Shown in pieces: positions 18,525 through 29,900 of a stretch of DNA of 36,398 nucleotides. Below the pieces are notes generated by a model. The model was not told the origin of the DNA, did no database searches, and saw only the letters and a list, made by a program, of their open reading frames with translations. Made by a program: the position numbers and the translations under genes. Position 1 is the first letter of the stretch. Each line of letters opens with the position of its first letter. Origin of the DNA: a virus (taxonomy: Duplodnaviria > Caudoviricetes); IMG/VR virus record IMGVR_UViG_3300032303_001542, positions 1 to 36,398 of that record. One strand, written 5' to 3'.

Positions 18525-21500
18525 ATGGCTAATAGTCCTTTAGATTTCCCATCAACACAGACGTTTAGAACCCGGTTAAATACTAGGAATTTACCGCCAT
18601 ATCCAAAATCACCAACAAGATATACACCACCACTTAACTTCCCGTACATACAATCTAACTATTCAGTTGTTGATAGCCCTGATTCACTTATTGATACACC
18701 AATATTAGCAAATCAATTATATCCACTTAATTTATATGGTGCGAATGGTGGGTTCAATCAGTACGCCGACCCAAATGTATTAAACGGAACTCGTTCAGGC
18801 GCAGGTGAATACGGGGTTCAATTTGCACATATTATTGATGAATCTGCGACACAGGCTAACGGACTAAATGGATGGAAGTCATTAAATGCGTATGGTGATG
18901 GTTTAAATTTAATAGATTCTGCTGAAGCGTTCTCTACTCTCGAAGTTTTACAAATAAATCAAAGTAGACAAGGAAACGCTCAACCATACCCAACAACATT
19001 CCTTGCATCTTTTTATAGTCCACTAAGTATATTACTTTCAGACAATCCAAGAGGAAGTAATGGTAGTTTAAGTCAAGATTCATTCATCGCTCGATTAGGT
19101 GCAAAGACATTAAAAAAAGAATTTCAAGATAGAATTGCTAGAGAAATTAGAAGACAGACATTAGGAAGAGCAAATATCTTTAATGCTAATAGCGGTACAG
19201 ATGTATTAGGAATGGTTACAGGTACAATACCTTTAATTGAACCTAACTACCAAATTACAGTACCCGCAAATCCAATAACCGCTGCGGCGCAATTGGCGTT
19301 AAGTTTGGCTGGTAGCACCATACCACTTTCTTTAATACCAGGTTCTTATTTCGACCCAACAATAAATTCAGGACAACCAACAACAACACAACAATTACAA
19401 AGTGCGTATATTAATACTGCAGGACAATCAAGTATATTGGGGGCGGTATCATCTTTATTGAGTGCTCCAAAATCAGGTTCACAAATATTTTTAGAGAATA
19501 CAGGTGCAGGACAAAAATCAAGGTTATTCAAAAACATAGATTATAATAGATTTAAACCGGCGTATGATAGAGGGATAGTCGATAGATTGGGTGGAGCAAT
19601 TGTCGGGACATCAAATAGTAATGGTAATTATTATATTGGTTCAACAAATTCAGAACCATCAAGAATATTATCACCAAGCAGAGATTTACCTGTAAATGAA
19701 TTTGGACAAGAAATTCAAACTGAAGTTTATGGACCTGTTGAACTTGCTAAAATATATGAAGGTGAAACAAGTAAAAATATTAAGTTAGGTTCTAATGGAC
19801 CAATATATAGTGATGGTGGAGGAATAGAGGGAGGAATGACTTGGGTATCACCAAAGTATAAAGATAATGCGGGTAAAAAAGTAGGTCCTGGTGGAAATAT
19901 AATTAAAGAAGACCCTGATTTTAAAGACTTTTCATACGGACCAACAGAATCAACAACACTTAACTTTAAACCTGGTTCAATACTTGATGAAACACAAAGA
20001 CTAATAAATAGTCAACCACAAGGTAAAAAAAGATATGAACACGTAGGAAATGCGATAGACCAAGTTAGTAAAATATTTAACGATGGTTATAAAGAATTAA
20101 CTAAAGGTTCAAGAGTTATTGCTTATATTGGTGAAATAGGTCAAGAAAAAGGGGCCGAATATTGCAGAGTTTTTGCAAAAGATACACCTTATTTACAACA
20201 CAACGATTTACAAAAAACAGATGGTATGACAACTGAAGGTAGAAAATTTAGCTTTTCTGTCTTTGATAAAACATATAATCTTAATATGTACCCAAACAAA
20301 AGAGAAGGTGGACAGGATTCTACCAACTTGGTTATGGGTGGTGCTAATGGAGAATATGCTAAAAAATATATGTTCTCATTAGAGAACCTTGCTTGGAGAA
20401 CATCAAACAAACCTGGATATACAATACAGGATTTACCTGTTTGTGAAAGAGGTCCCAATGGAGGTAGAGTTATGTGGTTTCCACCATATGATTTGAAGTT
20501 TACTGAAGGTTCGACAGCAAGCTGGAAGTCAACAGACTTTATAGGAAGACCCGAACCTGTATATACATACAACAATACAAATAGAACGGGTTCAATTTCT
20601 TGGAAAATTGTTGTTGACCATCCATCAGTTTTAAATGTTATTGTTGATAAAGTTTTGGCTAAAGAAACAAATAAAGTAAGAATTGATAGTATATTGGAAT
20701 CGTTTTTTGCAGGATGCAGAAAATATGATTTATATGATTTGGCAAAAAAATATTATACAGTAAATCCAAATGACATATTGGCAGTGCAGACTGAATTACA
20801 ATATAAAGATGTTTCGGTTGAAAGAATCAGATATGTTAAACAAACATTAACAACAGATGTTGCGGGTACCGCAGCAATAACAAAAACCACACCAACAACA
20901 CTAGATGATTTACACGAATGGAAAGATAAGGCGGTTTATTTCGGAAATGATTATCCAAAACGAGATGCCCCCAAAGATTTTAATTACACAACAGAATATA
21001 ATAGATACACCACAACCGATAAACCAGAATACGCAAATAATAACCCAAACGGAGGAACGGATTTATTTTTTAGTAATGTAGTTACCGCTAATTATAATGA
21101 TATGGAGGCACTTGCAAGTAAAATAAATGAATTACTTAGCAACTCACAAAATCAAGGGACCATAACTATAGAAATTGCTGGTAGCGCATCCGCACCCGCA
21201 ACCGAAACATATAATGTTTCATTATCAGAAAGAAGAATAAACGCTTTAATAAATTTTTTCAAACAAAATTCAAAAACAAAAGATTTTGTTAATTCTTCAC
21301 CTGCTAGATTAAAGTTAGTACCTGGAGAAGCAAAAGGTGAGGTGGCACAAGTTCAACAATTTATTAATGGTAATTGGCAATCTGCAAATCCTGTTAATTG
21401 TAGTGATACCAATACAAAAAATGGTGATAACCAAGTTGGGGTAAAAGATGTTTACACCACAAATGCGATGGCTTGTAGAAGAGCGGTTATAACAAATATA

Positions 21501-23594
21501 ACAACCACTCTAACCGCACCCAATAAAGAAGAAACAATACCTGCAGTACCGGGCACTCAAAAACAAGAAGAATTTACAACACAAGAAAATTATACTGAAA
21601 CTAATAAAGTCCCAGAAGAAGTAACAAAAACAGTCGTTAGAGATAATATATCAAAAAGAGTGTTGAGGTCTTTATTATCAGAGTGTAATTATTTTGAAAC
21701 AATTAAAGAAGAAACTCCTATGGTTTATGATAATCTAAGGGAAAAATTAAAATTCTTTAATCCTGCGTTCCACTCAACAACACCCGAAGGACTTAACTCA
21801 AGATTAACATTTTTACAACAGTGTTTGAGACCTGGCGATACAATACCCGTAACTCAAAAAGATGGAACTTTACAATATAATAACGCAACAAACACAGCGT
21901 TCGGAGCACCTCCTGTTTTAATTTTACGTGTAGGTGACTTTTTCCATACTAAAATAATACCTGAAGGATTACAATTAACTTATGAAAGTTTGGATATTAA
22001 CCCTGAGGGCATTGGCATTCAACCGATGATTGCAAACGTAACCTTAAGTTTTAAATTTGTTGGTGGACAAGGATTGGCGGGTGCGGTAGATAAGTTACAA
22101 AACGCATTAACATTTAATTACTATGCTAATACAGAAATGTATGACGATAGGGCGGATGTTACAGATACAAGTTATAAAGTTATAGATAAAGAACTTTTAG
22201 ATTATTTTAACATTCAGGTACCACCACCTACAGTCAAACAAACACCAAATATTAACGGACAATCTAACAACCAAACAATAGGTGTTATTACATCGGCAAC
22301 AACGATACAGACAGGAGATGTTGGGGATATAAATTATCAGGCATTTATGAATGGATTTAAGGATTCTACTCAAAATTATTTTAGAAATGTTTTAAACAAA
22401 AATAGAGAAGTATTTAAACAATTTAATAATGCTGTAATGCAAAATTGGAGTTTAGAAAGAAATTATACTAAAGGTTCATTTCAGGCGGGTACAGGAAATA
22501 ATGATACTTATATTTTTGGAAAACCTAATAATATACAAAATAAAATAGATGAAATATTTAATGATTTTGTTAGTGATATAAATTCGGATAATGAAGGATT
22601 AATTAATTTCTTAAAAGGAACTGTTGCCAGCCCAAAAAATTTCGCTCCAAGGGTAATTTCAACATTAAAAGACAACTACAAAAAATATATAACAACGACA
22701 AAGAAAAATGTATTCCAAAGTGCCTTAACAAAAATAATACAAGATATTTGTTTGGTCGAACAAAATTTGATTTTAAACATTAGTAAAGCGAATACATTAT
22801 CATATACAAGTCCAAGTGGATACGGAACAGACGGATTACAACAAAAAAATGGTAAGGTACAAATATATCTTATATCAGGGACTACAAATGTTTCCAAAGG
22901 AACCTCATATCCTGATACATTTGCTGAATTAAAAGGTGATGTTGTTAAAATAAAAGATAGTTTAATTTCATTTGATACTCTAACACAAACAGGAGTAACA
23001 TTTAACGGATATAATGGAAAACTTATATATAAAACAAATGAAATAATAAATAATCAAACCTTTATTCCGTTTTCAAAATTATTTGACGAAAGATATATTG
23101 GCGATGTTTATAAAAAAAATTCATTAAAAAGATGTTACTTTATACTGAATGATGATATCATTGATTCCACAAAATATAGTACATTTAAAAAAGCGCTTAT
23201 TGGAAATATATTAAGTAACCCAAGTCTGTTTGGTAGTGGATATGATGCATTAGAAAAAGAATTTGATGCTTATTGGTTAACAGATGATAATATAAATAAT
23301 TTAAAATCTGTTAAAACAATATTTACGGATGAAAATACTTTGACAGATAAATTTTTAAATGAGTTAGAGAATAATACTTTTAAAAACTATATTAATTTTA
23401 CACCTTTCGACGCAACCGCAAAAAGAGAATTTACATTTACAACTGAACAACAAAAAATTAATACTGAAGGAAATATACAAGAAAAAGAATCACTAATTAA
23501 ATCGCTTGGACTATCGACAAATTCAAATAATGATAATAAAACTTGGAATGATTATATAAATTCTGTTTATATAGGTAAAGTAAAATTAAATTAA
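18525..23594 (+). CDS. Large baseplate / tail-tube initiator protein with internal OmpA-like domain
   Basis: W....FIGRPEPVYTYNNT.R.G.ISW and PPVLILRVGDFF...P..ANVTLSF segments (gp48/gp54-like) flank YFGNDYP...IAGSASAP...YNVSLSERR...RRAVI (OmpA_C-like). Confidence 0.6.
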   Translation: MANSPLDFPSTQTFRTRLNTRNLPPYPKSPTRYTPPLNFPYIQSNYSVVDSPDSLIDTPILANQLYPLNLYGANGGFNQYADPNVLNGTRSGAGEYGVQFAHIIDESATQANGLNGWKSLNAYGDGLNLIDSAEAFSTLEVLQINQSRQGNAQPYPTTFLASFYSPLSILLSDNPRGSNGSLSQDSFIARLGAKTLKKEFQDRIAREIRRQTLGRANIFNANSGTDVLGMVTGTIPLIEPNYQITVPANPITAAAQLALSLAGSTIPLSLIPGSYFDPTINSGQPTTTQQLQSAYINTAGQSSILGAVSSLLSAPKSGSQIFLENTGAGQKSRLFKNIDYNRFKPAYDRGIVDRLGGAIVGTSNSNGNYYIGSTNSEPSRILSPSRDLPVNEFGQEIQTEVYGPVELAKIYEGETSKNIKLGSNGPIYSDGGGIEGGMTWVSPKYKDNAGKKVGPGGNIIKEDPDFKDFSYGPTESTTLNFKPGSILDETQRLINSQPQGKKRYEHVGNAIDQVSKIFNDGYKELTKGSRVIAYIGEIGQEKGAEYCRVFAKDTPYLQHNDLQKTDGMTTEGRKFSFSVFDKTYNLNMYPNKREGGQDSTNLVMGGANGEYAKKYMFSLENLAWRTSNKPGYTIQDLPVCERGPNGGRVMWFPPYDLKFTEGSTASWKSTDFIGRPEPVYTYNNTNRTGSISWKIVVDHPSVLNVIVDKVLAKETNKVRIDSILESFFAGCRKYDLYDLAKKYYTVNPNDILAVQTELQYKDVSVERIRYVKQTLTTDVAGTAAITKTTPTTLDDLHEWKDKAVYFGNDYPKRDAPKDFNYTTEYNRYTTTDKPEYANNNPNGGTDLFFSNVVTANYNDMEALASKINELLSNSQNQGTITIEIAGSASAPATETYNVSLSERRINALINFFKQNSKTKDFVNSSPARLKLVPGEAKGEVAQVQQFINGNWQSANPVNCSDTNTKNGDNQVGVKDVYTTNAMACRRAVITNITTTLTAPNKEETIPAVPGTQKQEEFTTQENYTETNKVPEEVTKTVVRDNISKRVLRSLLSECNYFETIKEETPMVYDNLREKLKFFNPAFHSTTPEGLNSRLTFLQQCLRPGDTIPVTQKDGTLQYNNATNTAFGAPPVLILRVGDFFHTKIIPEGLQLTYESLDINPEGIGIQPMIANVTLSFKFVGGQGLAGAVDKLQNALTFNYYANTEMYDDRADVTDTSYKVIDKELLDYFNIQVPPPTVKQTPNINGQSNNQTIGVITSATTIQTGDVGDINYQAFMNGFKDSTQNYFRNVLNKNREVFKQFNNAVMQNWSLERNYTKGSFQAGTGNNDTYIFGKPNNIQNKIDEIFNDFVSDINSDNEGLINFLKGTVASPKNFAPRVISTLKDNYKKYITTTKKNVFQSALTKIIQDICLVEQNLILNISKANTLSYTSPSGYGTDGLQQKNGKVQIYLISGTTNVSKGTSYPDTFAELKGDVVKIKDSLISFDTLTQTGVTFNGYNGKLIYKTNEIINNQTFIPFSKLFDERYIGDVYKKNSLKRCYFILNDDIIDSTKYSTFKKALIGNILSNPSLFGSGYDALEKEFDAYWLTDDNINNLKSVKTIFTDENTLTDKFLNELENNTFKNYINFTPFDATAKREFTFTTEQQKINTEGNIQEKESLIKSLGLSTNSNNDNKTWNDYINSVYIGKVKLN

Positions 23595-23917
23595 TGGCAT
23601 TACAATATTATAATAGATATACTAATTTTTTAATAAACGGAGAACAGACCGTAGTACCATTCGTACAAGTACCTCAGAAAACAACTGATAAAACTTACAT
23701 ATATAAAGTTGGTAAATCTAGATTAGATAAAATCTCACAGGAATATTATAACACTCCTTTTTTTGGTTGGTTAATTTTACAAGCAAATCCACAATATGGT
23801 GGGTTAGAAAATTTTATTCCTGATGGGGCTATATTGATTATTCCTTATCCTTTATTACCTTCTTTACAGGACTATAATGGTGCGTTAAATACTCATTTTT
23901 ATTATTATGGCAGATAA
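23594..23917 (+). CDS. Baseplate LysM / gp53-like (tail protein X) protein
   Basis: RLDKISQEYYNTPFFGWLILQANP...IPDGAILIIP signature. Confidence 0.8.
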   Translation: MALQYYNRYTNFLINGEQTVVPFVQVPQKTTDKTYIYKVGKSRLDKISQEYYNTPFFGWLILQANPQYGGLENFIPDGAILIIPYPLLPSLQDYNGALNTHFYYYGR

Positions 23918-26900
23918 GAGAACAAGACCTGATAATAGTGGTTATATCTATACAGAATTTGATTATAACAACATTATTATTGTTGACCCAAATAAAACGG
24001 TTGACGATAAGGGTGTTATATCCGAAAGACTCGTAGACCACGAAAATATGGTTATGTATGCAAATTTGGAGGCAGAACTATTACCAAGAACAAAACTCGC
24101 AATAGGAAGCTCACCCGATAACATTAGAACAATATCAATCGCAAAGATAAATTTTCTTAAACCTGCAAATGACGATTATTTTACTACAAATTATTATGAT
24201 GAAATTACTGGCGAGAACACCACAATAAAAAAAGGACAAAACCAAACTCAAACAGAATATGTTCCGCCTTCAAACGGGCAGAGAGGATATAATAAATTAT
24301 CCACATTTAGTGACGGAAAAGAAGGAACAATTGATAATGGATTGTTAGGTATAACAAGTATTAACGTGAAAGTTTCAGGTTCATTTATACCAACTGTTAC
24401 TATGACCCTTGAGGATGTTCAGGGCAGGGCATTATTTCAGTTAGGGGAAAACTCACCATACGCTGCGTTTTTTCATTTACCATATCCGCCATTTTATTTA
24501 ACGATTAAAGGTTATTATGGACAGGCGGTAAAGTATCAATTGAATCTTGAAAAATTTGATTGTAATTTTAACTCTATCGGTGGAAATTATATGATTAACC
24601 TAACATTTCAAGGATATAAGTTTAACATATTAAATGAGATAAGTATGGGTAGTTTATTGGCAGCACCCCATATGTATTCTTCAAGATTTGATATATCAAA
24701 TTCAAATGTAGGTTCAAACCCTTCACAATCACAACAAGCCGCCGCATCACAACAATCGGCAAATATTGCACAACCATCCAACAGTAATGGTGTAGTTACA
24801 AAACAAATGTTTGTTGAAAAAGGATATCAAAAAATTATCGAGGTTTATAATGAGTATAAATCAAAAAAAATAATACCAAAAGATTTTCCTGAGTTAACAT
24901 TACAACAACTTATGAATAAGTTGGAAACGTTTGAACAAACAATATTAAATAATTATAAAAAAAGTGATGTTGAACCTTTAACAAACATAAGACAGTATCA
25001 ACAAAAACTTAAAGAATATTATGAGGTTGTGATATCTGACGCAACTTCTTGGTTTAATACTTATTTAAACCCAAAACCATTTATAGGTTTAAATGGTATA
25101 AAATACTATGCATACCTTAATGATATTACTGATGATAATAAACCAAACGCATTATCTAAATTAGAAGGATATATTAAAAATTATAATGAAGTATTGGCAT
25201 CTAATAAAACATTAGGTAAAGATGGAACTTCACCAATAACTAACGGAATTACAATTTCAACAATTACTGCAACAACAACTCAATTTGATATAAATTGGGA
25301 AAAAACTTATACCGAACAATATGGAATTTCAAATCCAACGGCCGTTCAAATAGAACAATTTAAAACATCTGAATCCATAAGTAACTTATTTAAACCATTA
25401 TCTTTTGGAAGTGTAACAGATGGATTTGTTGGACCACAACAACCAGGAACAACTTTTATTACTGATGAAAATAAAAAAAATTCATTAGAATTGTTAAAAC
25501 CATATTTTTTTATTTTTGATGGTACCGATAGGTTTATTGGAATGATTAATAATATGAATGCTGAGGCATCAAAAAAATTATCAGAAATTGAAACTAAACT
25601 TAGTGAAAGTTTAAGAGAAAAAATTGAAGATTCAAAAACGGGTTTAGGTTTTAAACCGACTGTAAGAAATATTATTGCAATTATAATGGCATCTGCCGAA
25701 GGATTTATAAGGCTTATGGATGATGTACATACAAAGGCTTGGGATGTCAAATATGACCCTGTTAGAAAAAATGCAATCTTAAATAATACATCATCAGCCC
25801 CCGGAGTAGATACAAAACAAGTTGTTCAAAATACAATTGAAAATGCTTCAAATACAACATCACTTCAAACGCCTGTCTATCCCTGGCCACAATTTTTTGT
25901 GGAGGAAATGGGTGATGATAGAAAGCCTAAATTCCAATTAAAATATATTGCAGACCCATCTATTGTTGATAGAACTATGGGTTACGTTTACGATAAATGG
26001 CCTGAGGTAGAATTTGTTGAAGAATATATAAAAGGATTAACTCAAAGGTTTACCCCACCAAACACACCAACACCTTCATCAGAACAAGATTTTACTAATT
26101 TCTTAAATATAAATGCAATTGAGTTTCCACAATCAGATGTTGCTTATACCAACACAGAAGAGATTAAATTCTTTTTTGAATTATGGGAAAGACAATTTAT
26201 GACATCAAGATATGAAAATCTTGGTAGAATAAAAACAACTGATACCGATTATGAAAATATAAAAAATTTAATTGTTGATGTTGATACAAAAAACATATTA
26301 ACAAGTTTAGGGGGCAGCAACCCTTATCTTAATTTCAAACTAAAAAATTTCCAATATACTGCGGCAAATTATGTTGAATTTTTAAAATCAATAACAAAAA
26401 ACGGACAAACACAAACATATTACGATTTTACAAATGATGTATTTGTTACACCATATATTAAAAATTTAACTGCAAATCCAAATTTGCTGTTATCGATAAA
26501 AAATGTTGGAAAAGAACCCGTATCAAAACTTGATGGTGCAAAATTAGAATCAATCGTAAAATCAACACAAACAAATGAACCAATTATAATTGATACCTAT
26601 CCATTTACAAATTCAAGTTGGGATGACTCAAACCTTGTTGATAGGAGTAATAGTCAAGGTAATTCAATTTATAATACAACGAAGTCATTAAAGTTTTATA
26701 AACAAAGAAACTTAATCACAAATTATTTAGATTTAAATGATTTTAAAACAAATAGACCCGTTACAAATTTTTCATATCTTACAATACAAAACCCATTATC
26801 AAATAGTCAGTTATATCAGCCAACAAATCAGACACAATTTTTCATAAATTTATATTATAACAGAACACCAAAAAACTTTATACCAACAGAAGGAAATTGT

Positions 26901-29900
26901 TATTTCAACACTCCAACAAATAAAACGGTAACTTTTTTTGGAACAACAACAAATAAATTACCTATAAAGACAACAACCTCAATTTTAAATACACCTATGT
27001 TTATTAACTCTATAATTGATGGAGTTAATAAATGTAAACAAAATAATGAAACTCCTTTTGTAACATCGGCATATCTTTTTTTAAATTCGTTACCACTTAT
27101 CTCTCTAAGAGAAAAATACAAAACACAAGGAACAAATTTGAATGAATTGGATTATATGTTTGCAACCATAAAAAAGTTTGGTGCGTTACATAAACTACCA
27201 TATGCTTGGATTTTAAAATTTGGTTCAATATGGCATAGATATAAAACTTATGTAGAAACAGGTACTGACATTTTAACATCAGTGTGGAAAGACGTTGACT
27301 ATAAAAACGCATTTGACCCCGTAACTAATAGTGCGTCTAAGAAATACATATTAGATTTTAATGGAGGAACTGGTAAAACAATTCAGTTGGAATCAATAAA
27401 CTTTATTGCGAGTTCTATGCAAATAGGGTTTTATCCTAAGTTGATTGATGATTTTAACTATATGTATAAAGGAAGTATTTTATACAATGGATATACAGAT
27501 AGTGACATACAGACCTCAATAAATAATGGGTTAAAACTTTATAACTTCACACAATCTAACGCTAACTATATACAAAATTCTGCGCCACTTAATTTAACAA
27601 CTTGGAGTTCATTATTACCATCTGACGACGGTTCTTATTTAATTTTACCTTCATTTGGTGGTTCTCAAAATCAAATTACACCTTCATTAACGGAATCAAA
27701 TGTAGTTGTTGCAGGTGCAAGTGTTGATGGAAATCCGGCAGTGTATAATGGCTCTATGAGACTTTTATGGGCGAGTCCTAATTACGGTTATTTTGATAGA
27801 AGTCAAATAGCGCAACCAGCATCTAGTTCATATTTAAATAATATAAAAGATACAAGTGATTTATTATCACCATTCATTTTATCTAATAGCACAAATTATT
27901 CACGTATTGATGATTTATTTGGAGTTTTTGACAAAACAATCTTGGACTCATTTGAAGTTGAGTTTAAGAATTTCTCAAAGTCGATGACAAATTTAACTTC
28001 TGATTCACCAATACTTAAATATGATAGTCCAACAGGTGACCCCGATAGGTTTTTAAAAAACTTCCAATTACTTTTTAAAACTTTAATGACAGTTCCCGCA
28101 CCATCGCCTAACGAAACAACTGAGATGTTTTTTGGAAATGCGATAACTAACCAATTAAATAATTTTAGTAATGTTATACAGAAGTTTTTAGAATATGACG
28201 TTATTTTAAAAATAGGTAACCCATCTTATTATGATAGGAAAACATTTGATTCTTATTTGTTATATAACCCAACAAGTACAACTACTAATAAAAATCCAAA
28301 CATATATCTTCAATACCCCGATGGATTTGAACCGTATGTTGCGGGTAGTTTACCAACAAATCAAGGAACTGTTACATTGTTACAGTCTAAACAACAGTTA
28401 CCAAATGAATGGAAGGATTTGGAACTTTATGTTGGATTCTCAACAATACCTGGATTGGTATATAGTAATAATGGTTCATATATTACAGATTTTTTTAAAG
28501 ACAATAATATAAAATTTACATCGAATAATATTAAGAAGTTAGCGCCAATTATTAAAATGTATGCAACACAAAAATTAAATAATTCTTCTTTAACCGCATC
28601 AACATTTAAAACTTCTTTAAATACATATTTTAATGATTGTGTTACATTACAAAACAATATATTGGATGGCATCTTAACAGGGATAAGAAAAAATTTACCA
28701 AATTACCAAGAAGTTCCTGAGGCGAAAGTTAGTAGTAGAATTGATGGACAACAAACAAAAGTTAATTTATATGAAACATTTAAAGCTCTAAATGATAAAT
28801 GGATTGCTGGTGGTGATTATAAAACAAAAACATTTTTTGAAGATATTCTTTTTTTAGATAAAGCGTCAAGAAATATAGGTGATATTTTGTATTTAGATAT
28901 TTTCAGTTTAAAAGATATTCTTAACGAAAAAGAATTTAATCAATCTATGAGTGTTTATACATTTATTGCGGGGTTACTTATTCGTAATAATTTTATTATT
29001 ATGAATTTACCGGCGTATGTTAATTTTTATAACATTCAAAACGTTGATGGGGTGTCAAAACCTGTAATAAAAAATTCTTTAGATTTTGCTAACGATATGT
29101 GGGGTACTCACTTAACCGTAGATACAAGAGAATCGGGGCCTAAGATGGTTTGTTTTTTTGTTGCAAAACCATCAAGTTATTTAGATTTAGAAGAAAGTAA
29201 AAATTTCTTATTTAGAAGTGATGGAATACAGTTAGAAAAAAGAGGGGCGGCAAATCCACTAAGCGAGGATTGGACAAAGAAAGACGATAGAGATTATGGA
29301 TTATCTAATAGATGTGTTGGATTTACTGTAGATATCGGAATTAGAAATCAAAATGTTTTTTCATCATTCCAAGTTTCACAAGCAAATGGTAAGGCAACAA
29401 CCGAATCTGTGTCTACATTATATAATATGATACAACAAGCGAGCGGAAGACAAGTATCAACACAAAATGTATCTTTATATAACTATTACGCAAATAGAAG
29501 TTATGGTGCTCAAGTAGTTTGTCTTGGAAACGCTATGATACAACCAACTATGTACTTTAACTTAAGACACGTTCCTATGTTTAATGGGCCGTATATGATT
29601 ACCGATGTTAGTCACGTAATCACACCAGGAAGTTTCCAAACAACATTTAATGGTACAAGACAAGGCGTTTATGATTTACCATCAATAGATAATTTCTTGC
29701 AAAGCATTAATCAAAATCTTTTAACTAAATTAGAAGATGCGGTACTTAGTAAAGACGACGGAACAACAACAAATACAACATCAAATGCGTCTAATGTTGC
29801 AAATTCAACAACAAATGCGGAAAATACGAAAGCAGCAGAAAATAGTTGTGTAGACAAAGTATTAAAAGTTTACAAAGACAAAGGATTTGTATCAAGTGGT

